From contig JBDHDE010000043.1 in assembly GCA_039591655.1 (NCBI GenBank), forward strand, positions 1 to 23,875: a stretch of 23,875 nucleotides of DNA, read 5' to 3'. The stretch comes from Gemmatimonadota bacterium (GTDB lineage: Bacteria; Gemmatimonadota; Gemmatimonadetes; Gemmatimonadales; GWC2-71-9). Below the pieces are notes generated by a model. It made no database searches and had not been told where the DNA came from. It saw only the letters and a list, made by a program, of their open reading frames with translations. Of this stretch, positions 12,488 to 20,130 are shown one piece after another. Within the stretch, counting starts at the first letter, position 1; each line of letters opens with the position of its first letter. Made by a program: the position numbers and the translations under genes.

Positions 12488-13243
12488 TCAGTGAAGGGTG
12501 AGCCCACCGTCCACAAAGATAACCTGTCCGGTGATGTGTCGAGCGTCGTCGGAGCAGAGGAAAGCCACTACGAGAGCCACATCATCGGGCTCGGCGATCC
12601 GCCCTAGAACCGAGCCCTTTTCGGCATCAGAGAGGACCTCAGGCGGGAGGGAGCCAATGAGCTCAGTGCGCACGAACCCCGGGGCGACTGCGTTGACGTT
12701 GATGTTGTAGGGTCCCAGCTCCACTGCTGCCGCCTTCGTGAGACCCACCACCGCCGCCTTGCTGGCCGCGTAGTTGGCGACACCGAACCCGGGCTTGTAG
12801 GCCTGGTGGGACGCCACGTTCACCACCTTTCCGTAGTGCTGCTCCCGGAACTGGGGCGCCGCCGCGTGGATGCAGTTGAAGCTCCCGGTGAGGTTGGTCT
12901 CGACGACCTCGTTCCACGCCTCCTCGGAGAGCCGCCACAGGGCGCCGTCGTGGTGGACTCCCGCGTTGTTCACCAAATAGTGGACACCGCCCAGCTCGGC
13001 CCGGGCGCATTCGACGAAGTGCTCGACCAGGTCCCGTTCACGCACGTCGCAGTGGGCGCTGTACACCTCCACGCCGCACGACCGCAGGGCGGTCTCGGTG
13101 AGCAGGGCCTGGGCGCTGACGTCCCGACCGGGGAGCTCGATGTAGTTGAAGGCGACGTTGACGCCGCGGCGGGCGAACTCCAGCGCGACGGCTCGGCCGA
13201 GCCCCGTAGCACCGCCGGTGACGATGGCGCTGTGGCCCCGCAT
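12488..13243 (-). CDS. Short-chain dehydrogenase/reductase (FabG-like); may extend upstream to 13351
   Basis: TGGATGLG, LVNNAG, NYAASK catalytic motif, NVNAVAPGFV, ITGQVIFVDGG. Confidence 0.92.
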   Translation of the reverse strand: MRGHSAIVTGGATGLGRAVALEFARRGVNVAFNYIELPGRDVSAQALLTETALRSCGVEVYSAHCDVRERDLVEHFVECARAELGGVHYLVNNAGVHHDGALWRLSEEAWNEVVETNLTGSFNCIHAAAPQFREQHYGKVVNVASHQAYKPGFGVANYAASKAAVVGLTKAAAVELGPYNINVNAVAPGFVRTELIGSLPPEVLSDAEKGSVLGRIAEPDDVALVVAFLCSDDARHITGQVIFVDGGLTLH

Positions 13244-13380
13244 CTCGCGCCGCGGGACGCGCTCTGCTTGGGGCTGCTCGACCAGCGCCGACCCGGACAG
13301 CTGCTCACTCCGCGAGCTGAACTCGGGCGGTTCGGGGGGGTCGTAGGGTATCGGTCGCTCTCGGCTACGCGCGAGCCTCG

Positions 13381-13409
13381 AACGTACGTCGCGACAAGCA
13401 TTTGGGCAA
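13381..13409 (-). promoter_or_regulatory. Putative sigma70 promoter for the SDR-led operon
   Basis: Minus strand TTGCCC-N17-TACGTT in the cstA-SDR intergenic region. Confidence 0.5.
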
Positions 13410-13447
13410 CCGAGCCTGGGGGCTCCGGGGCGCCGGCCCGCCGCGCC

Positions 13448-15226
13448 TCAGCCGGTGGGAGTCGGCTCCTCCTCGGGCTTCGGCGACCGGCTGGCTACCA
13501 GGGCCCGCCGTAGCGCCGCCACGGCCTCCAGGACGAGCCACAGCTCCAGCACGAAGATCGCCCCGCCCACCGCGAGCAGCACCGCCTGGCTCTCGGTGAT
13601 GTAGCGCAGCAGGTTCACCACCATCGCCCAGGTGGTCATGAAGAGCAGGAAGGCCATGGGAACGGCCGTTACCCACAGCGGCCGTTTCAGCTTCAGGAGG
13701 AAGAGGGTGACCACCAGGAGGGTAAGGGCCCCGGTGAGCTGGTTGGTGGTCCCGAAGAGCGGCCACAGCCGCATGCCGCCGGCCCCGCGATCGATGCCCA
13801 GGGCCAAGACAGCGCAGCTCGCCACCGCGATGAACGTGGCGATCCAGCGGTTCTGGACGGCCTTCACCCGATACTGCGCGCCGAGCTCCGAGATGATGTA
13901 GCGCTGCAGCCTCACACCGGTGTCCATCGTCGTGGCCGCGAACGAGATCACGACCACCGCCGCGAAGATCACTGCCACGGCCTGCGGGACGCCGATCCCC
14001 TCAGCCAGGACCCCGACGCCGTTCACGAACGCCGTGGTCGCACCGCTGGAGGCGCTTGCCCAGCTACCGTAGTGCTCGTGCCACCCGTCGACACCAACCA
14101 CCAGCGCGAAGCCCGCCGTCGTAGCGAGAATCGACGTGAGGGCCAACGTGCCCTCTCCGATCATCCCGCCGTAGCCCACGTACCGGGCGTCGGTCTCCCG
14201 GTTGAGCTGCTTGGCGGAAGTGCCCGACGCCACGAGGCCGTGGAATCCGCTGATGGCCCCACATGCGATGGTGATGAACAGCAGCGGGAACCAGCTCGGC
14301 GCATCCGACGGCAGCGCGGTGTTCACAGCGGGGGCAACGACCTCCGGGTTCACTACCAGTACTCCCAGGAAGATGATCCCCAACGCTACGAACAGCTGAT
14401 GGCTGTTCACGTAGTCCCGGGGCTGGAGCAGGACCCACACCGGCAGGACGCTGGCGAAGAACGCGTACACGAAGAGAACGATGACCCAGGCCGCGCGCAC
14501 ACCGTCGGTCCGGGCCGCCGCCTGGCCTGCGGCGAAATCACCCTGCGCGGCCGCGAGCTGGCTGGCGCTGGGAGCGAACCCGAACACGTCCGGCAGGGTG
14601 AAGGGCACGTACTGACCGAGCCAGATGAGGACGTAGAGGATCGCAAGCGCGCCCAACGAAGGGCCCAGGATTCCCAGCCCCGTGCGGTAGATCAACAACC
14701 CCACGATCACCGCCACCACGAGACTCCCCCACACCGGAAGCACTGCCCCGGGGTTGGCGACGAGAAGATTGGCGATCACCACAGCAAACACAGCGTTCAC
14801 CAACAGCAGCAGGAAGAAGATGATGAGGAGGAAGAGGACCCGGGCCCGGCCACCCACGATACGCTCGGTGAGTGAGCCGATCGAGGTGCCCTTGTGCCGG
14901 ACGGAGATCCACAGCGCGCCGAAGTCGTGAACCGCACCGGCGAAGACCGTCCCCAGTACGACCCAGAGGAATGCCGGCAGCCAGCCCCAGATGACCGCGA
15001 TCGCCGGGCCAACGATGGGAGCCGCCCCCGCCACCGAGGTGAAGTGATGCCCGAAGAGCACGTGGCGATTGGTGGGCAGGTAGTCCACGCCGTCCTCGAG
15101 CTCGTGGGCCGGCGTCACGAAGTCGGGGTCGAGGCGATAGATGTACCGGGCGAGGTAACGGGAGTAGACATGATAACCTGCAAGGAAGGCCAGCAGCCCC
15201 ACCGCCAGCAGTGCGATCGCGCTCAC
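13448..15226 (-). CDS. cstA: Carbon starvation protein A family transporter
   Basis: TPAHELEDGVDY, LFGHHFTSVAGAAPIVGP, WGWLPA, GAVHDF, LPVWVLLQPRDY, FITIACGAISGFH, LWPLFGTTNQL. AGGAGG RBS. Confidence 0.96.
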   Translation of the reverse strand: MSAIALLAVGLLAFLAGYHVYSRYLARYIYRLDPDFVTPAHELEDGVDYLPTNRHVLFGHHFTSVAGAAPIVGPAIAVIWGWLPAFLWVVLGTVFAGAVHDFGALWISVRHKGTSIGSLTERIVGGRARVLFLLIIFFLLLLVNAVFAVVIANLLVANPGAVLPVWGSLVVAVIVGLLIYRTGLGILGPSLGALAILYVLIWLGQYVPFTLPDVFGFAPSASQLAAAQGDFAAGQAAARTDGVRAAWVIVLFVYAFFASVLPVWVLLQPRDYVNSHQLFVALGIIFLGVLVVNPEVVAPAVNTALPSDAPSWFPLLFITIACGAISGFHGLVASGTSAKQLNRETDARYVGYGGMIGEGTLALTSILATTAGFALVVGVDGWHEHYGSWASASSGATTAFVNGVGVLAEGIGVPQAVAVIFAAVVVISFAATTMDTGVRLQRYIISELGAQYRVKAVQNRWIATFIAVASCAVLALGIDRGAGGMRLWPLFGTTNQLTGALTLLVVTLFLLKLKRPLWVTAVPMAFLLFMTTWAMVVNLLRYITESQAVLLAVGGAIFVLELWLVLEAVAALRRALVASRSPKPEEEPTPTG

Positions 15227-15296
15227 CCCAGACCTCCTGTGTCTTCAAGCGCGTAATGTAGGGGCGATGGGAGCAAGGGGCGACCTATCGTCACTC

Positions 15297-16259
15297 TCAA
15301 GTTGCCTGCCCGCTCTCTGGCAGCGCCGCGGCCACGCGACGCAGGGCAGCCAGCCCGTGGACGTCGGTCTCGAAGAGGGGAATACGGTGCACATCATGGT
15401 CGCGAAAGGCCACATCGATCCACTCGAGGTGCTCAGATTCCCGCTCCCGGCGTCGCGCCAGGAACGCTCCCTCGGCGTCGTCCGGCAGCACCCGGTTCAC
15501 GAATAGCGCACCCACCGGAATCCCGTGCTTGTCCAACGCCCGGATCGCGTTCTCGGCCTCCACGATCGGTAACCGCTCCGGGGTCGCCACCATCACGAAC
15601 GCGCTGCGCGCGGCGTTCGTGAGCGTGGCGCGCGCACGCTCGAAGCGCGCCTTGCGCTCCTCCAGGGCCGCCAGGACGCGGTCATCGCGCCCGAGCTCGT
15701 CTCCCGCCGCGCTCCCGGCGACGCGGCGCCACATCCGGCCCAGCGCATTCACCTTCCTGCGGCGACTGATGAGACCGCTCATCCACGCCGCCATGTGCTC
15801 GGGCAGGGAAAACAGCCGCAGTGTATGCCCCAACGGCGCGGTATCGAACAGGATTCGCTCGAACCGCGCACCCGCCTCCTCCATGATCCGCGTGAACCGC
15901 TCGAACAGCGCCGCCTCCTCCGCACCGGGGCTCACCCGAGCAATGTCGATCTGACGCTCGACCTCGGCCATGAGCCGCGGCGGCGTGGTGTCGGCGATCC
16001 GCTCCTTGACGTCCTCGATGTAGCGGTCGGCCTCCCGCGCGGGATCGATCTCCATCGCCCAGAGATTCGGCAGGACCGCGCCGGGCTCGGGACCGATGTC
16101 CGCTTCGAGGATGTCGGCGGTGGAGTGGGCGGGGTCGGTGGATACCAGGAGGGTGCGATGCCCCCGCTCGGCGGCCAGGAGCGCGTGGGCCGCGGCCAGC
16201 GTGGTCTTGCCGACGCCGCCCTTGCCGCCGAACAGGAGGATCTCGCGGTCTAGCAGCAC
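15297..16259 (-). CDS. ArsA/GET3-family (SIMIBI) ATPase, single domain
   Basis: FGGKGGVGKTT, STDPAHS, SPGAEE, FDTAPLGHTLRL, PERLP, VNRVLP. Start placed at GTG 16259, overlapping the upstream gene's end. Confidence 0.93.
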   Translation of the reverse strand: MLLDREILLFGGKGGVGKTTLAAAHALLAAERGHRTLLVSTDPAHSTADILEADIGPEPGAVLPNLWAMEIDPAREADRYIEDVKERIADTTPPRLMAEVERQIDIARVSPGAEEAALFERFTRIMEEAGARFERILFDTAPLGHTLRLFSLPEHMAAWMSGLISRRRKVNALGRMWRRVAGSAAGDELGRDDRVLAALEERKARFERARATLTNAARSAFVMVATPERLPIVEAENAIRALDKHGIPVGALFVNRVLPDDAEGAFLARRRERESEHLEWIDVAFRDHDVHRIPLFETDVHGLAALRRVAAALPESGQAT

Positions 16260-16528
16260 CGGAAGCCGCCCTCCGGTGCGTGCTCCAACCCCATCCGCAG
16301 ATGCCACTGATGAAACTGCTCTATGAGCTCCGGATAGAGCTCCAGTGTGTAGAACGCCACCGGGTTGGGAGCGCCCAGGAGGTCGGAGAACCCCAGGAGC
16401 AGGAAGAGATCCCGCTCCTCGAGGTAGGCGCGGTGGATCTGGGACCGATAGGGCGCTACGTAGAGCCCCTCGTAGATTCCCCGCGCTGAGCGGAGCGCCC
16501 GCCTGATCCGGCCCACTGCCGCCTTCAC
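16250..16528 (-). CDS. Small CstA-associated protein ending in Cys-Cys (resembles the 'cory-CC-star' family)
   Basis: 92 aa from a GTGA-coupled start: ...APYRSQIHR...DLFLLLGFSDLLGAPNPVAFYTLELYP...FHQWHLRMGLEHAPEGGFRCC*. Context next to ArsA and cstA fits. Confidence 0.85.
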   Translation of the reverse strand: MKAAVGRIRRALRSARGIYEGLYVAPYRSQIHRAYLEERDLFLLLGFSDLLGAPNPVAFYTLELYPELIEQFHQWHLRMGLEHAPEGGFRCC

Positions 16529-17736
16529 TGCCGGCTCGCTGCTCCGAGCACCGAGAGCAGCACCGCCAGCGCCCCGCTCACCGTCAGGGCCCACACCGCC
16601 CCAACTCCGGCGTACAACCCACCGAGGAGGAGTCCCCCGGGGAGCGCCGCCAGCCCCACGCTGGCATGGTACACGCCGAAGCGCCGTCCCCGACGCCTTG
16701 CACTACCCAACGCCGACACCAGGGACCGCTCCGGCGCTTCCGTGGCCGCCGCCACCAAGCCGAAGATCAGGAACCAAGCGGCCGCCGCGGGCGCCGTTTC
16801 CGCCGTGGCCAGGCCGAAGCACACGATCGCGTAGATCCCCCATCCTAGAAGCATCGTGCGCCGGTGACCCACGTGGTCGCTCATCCACCCGCCGGGGTAG
16901 CTCATCGCCGAGCGCACGACATGCAGCGCGGCCCACAGGGCTGGAATCGCGGCCACCGCCACCCCGAGATGCTGCAGCCGCAGGAGCAGCAGGGTTTCCG
17001 GAAACCGGGCGAACGCAAAGAGGACGACCAGGGCGAACAGGTAACGGGACCCCGTCTCCCGGTTCCCACTTCCCGCTTCCCCATCCCCCCCTTCCCCCTT
17101 GCCCCCTCCCCCTTCCCCTTCGTCCGCTTCCCGCTGCCGGCTTCCCGCCTCCCGGCTCGGCATGGCCCACCCGACCACCATCACCGCGAGCACTCCCGGC
17201 ACGACGCTCCACAGAATCACCCGGGCCGGTGTCGCCCCCGCGCCGGCAATGAGGGCCCAGGCCACCAGCGGTCCCACCACCGCTCCGGCGTGGTCCATGG
17301 CGCGGTGGAATCCGAAGGCGCGTCCCCGGATCACGCCGGGACTCGCATCGGCAATCACCGCGTCGCGTGGCGGGTTGCGCGCCCCCTTGCCCAGACGATC
17401 GGTGGCCCTGAGCGCGATCACCTGCCACGCCCCAGTCGCCAGGCCCATGAGGGGGCGCGCCAAAGCCGCCACGGCGTATCCCCCCACTACCAACGGCCGG
17501 CGCCGGCGACGCTGCTCGGCGAGCCACCCCGAGGCCAGCTTGACCGTCGCGGCCACGGCGTCGGCGATCCCGTCCAGCGCACCCAGGGCCAGCGCCGTAC
17601 CGCCGAGGCGCGTGGTCACCAGCGCCGGCAGCAACGGGTAGACCATCTCGCTCGCGAGATCGTTGAGGAAGGAGACTACGCCGAGTTGCTTGACGACCCG
17701 CGGCAGTGGGCGCGCGGATCGAGGCAGGCTACTCAT
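16525..17736 (-). CDS. MFS transporter
   Basis: LGVVSFLNDLASEMVYPLLP, RATDRLGKGARNPPRDAVIAD, GRAFGFHRAMDHAGAVVGP, GWMSDHVGHRR. About 12 TM segments. Confidence 0.92.
   Translation of the reverse strand: MSSLPRSARPLPRVVKQLGVVSFLNDLASEMVYPLLPALVTTRLGGTALALGALDGIADAVAATVKLASGWLAEQRRRRRPLVVGGYAVAALARPLMGLATGAWQVIALRATDRLGKGARNPPRDAVIADASPGVIRGRAFGFHRAMDHAGAVVGPLVAWALIAGAGATPARVILWSVVPGVLAVMVVGWAMPSREAGSRQREADEGEGGGGKGEGGDGEAGSGNRETGSRYLFALVVLFAFARFPETLLLLRLQHLGVAVAAIPALWAALHVVRSAMSYPGGWMSDHVGHRRTMLLGWGIYAIVCFGLATAETAPAAAAWFLIFGLVAAATEAPERSLVSALGSARRRGRRFGVYHASVGLAALPGGLLLGGLYAGVGAVWALTVSGALAVLLSVLGAASRQ
17047..17158. repeat. Degenerate heptanucleotide tandem repeat (about 16 units) in the MFS central loop
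   Basis: + strand: ggacccc gtctccc ggttccc acttccc gcttccc catcccc cccttcc cccttgc cccctcc cccttcc ccttcgt ccgcttc ccgctgc cggcttc ccgcctc ccggctc. Confidence 0.75.
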
Positions 17737-19330
17737 CCAACCCCATGCCCCACCGCATGAGGCTCACCGGCAACCGGCCGTAGCCGAGTACCGCATCGTG
17801 AAATGCGCGCAGCGAGTAGTCGGCACCCCGGGCCGCCCGAAAGGCATCCCGTGTTGCCAGCAGCTCCCGCCGACCCACCGCATAACAGATCTGGTAGGTC
17901 GGCGTCGCGCAGTAGCGCCGCACCTCGGCTTCGGCGTGCGAGCGGTCCACCGGCACCCGCTCCATGAGGAAGTCGACCGCCTCGTCGAAGGTCATCCCAC
18001 GGGTGTGGAGACCCACGTCCAGCACCACCCGCGCGGCGCGGAACAGCAGCGCAATCCGCTGGAACAGCCGTGCGGCCGGCGTGGCGAAGAAGCCCTCCTC
18101 CTCCATCATCCCCTCGCAGTAGAGCGCCCAGCCCTCCTCAGAGAGCGGCGTGCCGACTACTCGCCGAACCAGGCGCGATTGGGCCTGCGACGAGAGGTAC
18201 TGCAGGTGATGGCCCGGGTAGCCCTCGTGGAGCGACACCGTGGCCATGTCGTACACGCAGTGGTCTTCGAGAAAGCTCTCCACCGCGTCGGGATCGTCGT
18301 CGGGATCCGGCGGCGTCACGTAGAACCATCCCGTCCGGTCACTGGAGAACGCGCCCGGCGGTTGGTAGGCGGCAAACGGGATGATCGGCCGCAAAAAGTC
18401 CGGCGTCGCCACGACTTCCAGCGGCCCCGGTGGTATGGAGACGAGATCCCGTTCCTCCACGAACTGCCGGGACCGCTCCATCTGCTGGGCGTACGCAGCG
18501 ACGAGCTCGGCGGCGCTCGGGTGTTCGGCGCGGAGCCCCTCGGCCACGCTCTTCCACGACCGGCCGGCATCGATCTCGGCCGCCATCCGCGTCGTCTCGG
18601 CCTCGACCTCCTCCAACAGCGCCAGGCCGTAGCGCCACAGCTCGGGAGCGGTGCTCTGCAACGCGTGCTTGTAGTGCAGGCGGAAGTTGAACGCGTCCTC
18701 ACCGATGGCGAAGCCGGCGTCTGCATCCTCCAGGAGCTCATCCTCCAGATAGCCACCGAAGGAGGTGAGGGCCGTGGCCGCATCGAGGCAGGCAACGCCG
18801 AACTCCTCGTCATCGGGCGCGAGCTGGCGTGCCAGCTCGTCGAACAGCGGTGTGGCGCGTTCGACGACTCTGATCGCGGTCTCCACGAACACCCGCGGGC
18901 AGTCGCGCAGCGTCTCACGGGCCGCCTCCAGGAACCTCGGCACGGTCCGCAGCCGCTCGTGCACCGCACCGGCCAGGTGCTCCTGGGACCGGTCCTTTGC
19001 GGCGAGGAGGAAGTGGAGCCCCTGGAGCAAGTGGGACACCCAGAAGGTCGGGTTCCGCACGTGCGGCTGCTCCCGCTCGAAGCAGTGGATCGTGACGCGC
19101 ACGTCGTTGAGGAGCGCCGTGCGGTCGAGCTCGTCGTCCAGGGAATCCAGCTCGTCTTCTTCCAGGGCGCCGGCCATGGACTTGAACGCGGCGAGGTAGC
19201 GACGAATGTCATCCGCGCTGTAGGAGCCGAGCCGGCGGTCGTGCTCGACTACGCCTTCGGCCGTGGCGTCCACGGGATCGAAGTTCCACCGGAGATCGAG
19301 GTAGGAGTCGACGAGCCGGCTGAGACTCAT
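17729..19330 (-). CDS. DUF885 family protein (putative zinc metallopeptidase), no signal peptide
   Basis: AAYQPPG, HEGYPGHHLQ, EEGWALYCE, RAARVVLDVGLH, EVRRYCATPTYQICY, FHDAVLGYG. Confidence 0.92.
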   Translation of the reverse strand: MSLSRLVDSYLDLRWNFDPVDATAEGVVEHDRRLGSYSADDIRRYLAAFKSMAGALEEDELDSLDDELDRTALLNDVRVTIHCFEREQPHVRNPTFWVSHLLQGLHFLLAAKDRSQEHLAGAVHERLRTVPRFLEAARETLRDCPRVFVETAIRVVERATPLFDELARQLAPDDEEFGVACLDAATALTSFGGYLEDELLEDADAGFAIGEDAFNFRLHYKHALQSTAPELWRYGLALLEEVEAETTRMAAEIDAGRSWKSVAEGLRAEHPSAAELVAAYAQQMERSRQFVEERDLVSIPPGPLEVVATPDFLRPIIPFAAYQPPGAFSSDRTGWFYVTPPDPDDDPDAVESFLEDHCVYDMATVSLHEGYPGHHLQYLSSQAQSRLVRRVVGTPLSEEGWALYCEGMMEEEGFFATPAARLFQRIALLFRAARVVLDVGLHTRGMTFDEAVDFLMERVPVDRSHAEAEVRRYCATPTYQICYAVGRRELLATRDAFRAARGADYSLRAFHDAVLGYGRLPVSLMRWGMGLDE

Positions 19331-19336
19331 GAGGCT

Positions 19337-19365
19337 AGTCTGCCCGCGCGCCCGACACGCGTCAA
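19337..19365 (-). promoter_or_regulatory. Putative sigma70 promoter giving a leaderless DUF885 transcript
   Basis: TTGACG-N17-CAGACT-N6-ATG, with no SD sequence before the ATG. Confidence 0.55.
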
Positions 19366-19369
19366 GGCG

Positions 19370-19458
19370 CTACGAGAGTCGGCCGTAATACACCTCGGTG
19401 TCGTACTCGAACGAGACCCGACCCGTCTATTAGTGGGCGTCGAACAGGACGTGCAGCG
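19370..19458 (-). pseudogene. Remnant duplicate of the methyltransferase 3' end
   Basis: Reads LHVLFDAH**TGRVSFEYDTEVYYGRLS*, versus LHALFDAHQQAGRVSFEYDTEVYYGRPRA* in the intact gene. Confidence 0.88.
19383..19458. repeat. 76-bp direct repeat, copy 1 (pairs with 20143-20218)
   Basis: 72/76 identical at an offset of exactly 760 nt; mismatches at 19426, 19429, 19432 and 19449. Confidence 0.97.
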
Positions 19459-20130
19459 TCAAGGTGATACCCCCGCGAGCCTCGCCATCGTATCCCAGAA
19501 CATTTTCTCGTATCCCTGGAACAGCTGTGCCCCGCGGCGCACGTCGGCGGCATCCACGCCGGTGCTCAACCCCTCCTGGATGATCTCCACGGCGACGTCT
19601 TCGAACGGGGGCATATTCGCAAACGCATCGAGGAAGGCCACTTCCTCGGGACCGAAGCCGTGGCGCTCCCGCAAGCCCTCGCTCATCCGACCACAGTTGA
19701 AGCCCCACGCGTCGAAGTTGACCAGAATCCCGCAGGTGAACTCGGCGGCAGAGGCATACGTCGCCTGCCACGCCATGTAGGTTGCGTAGGCGAATCCCTC
19801 GGGCGTCACCTGGAACCCCGCCAGATCTGCCTCAGGCAGCCCGAGCTTGCGCCCCATCGCGAGGAGCGCTTCGCGGCCCGCGAGCTCGCCCTGGAGCATT
19901 CCCGCGAAGAAGTCCCGCGCACGGGTGTGGCCAAACCGGTGGACCAGCACGGCCATGGACCGCAGGTCACTCGTGACGATGTGGTACTGGTGGCCGAGGA
20001 ACGGCACGAGCGCTTCCACCGGCACGACACCCGCGGCAAGCGCCGCGGGATAGGGGTGCTCCCGGATCGCCCGATCCAGGGGTTTGAGATCCCGCCGGAT
20101 CTCCTCAACGAGCTTGCGGGCATCAGTCAT
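19459..20130 (-). CDS. TenA/PqqC-like (heme-oxygenase-fold) protein, 223 aa
   Basis: ATG 20130 is coupled (ATGA) to the methyltransferase stop. IREHPYPAALAAG, QYHIVTSD, AYATYMAW, LVNFDAWG, YEKMFWD fit the TenA-family pattern. Confidence 0.8.
   Translation of the reverse strand: MTDARKLVEEIRRDLKPLDRAIREHPYPAALAAGVVPVEALVPFLGHQYHIVTSDLRSMAVLVHRFGHTRARDFFAGMLQGELAGREALLAMGRKLGLPEADLAGFQVTPEGFAYATYMAWQATYASAAEFTCGILVNFDAWGFNCGRMSEGLRERHGFGPEEVAFLDAFANMPPFEDVAVEIIQEGLSTGVDAADVRRGAQLFQGYEKMFWDTMARLAGVSP

Noticed and set aside
16250..16258. Selenocysteine recoding at the CC tail, as in some DUF466 proteins
   Set aside because: Both residues are TGC codons followed by TAG; there is no in-frame TGA.
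15297..16259. Arsenic resistance operon (arsA)
   Set aside because: Single-domain ATPase with no Cys and no arsR/B/C/D nearby; the context is cstA.
17663..19780. 705-aa plus-strand ORF
   Set aside because: Antisense shadow of DUF885 and tenA in high-GC DNA, with no recognisable motifs.
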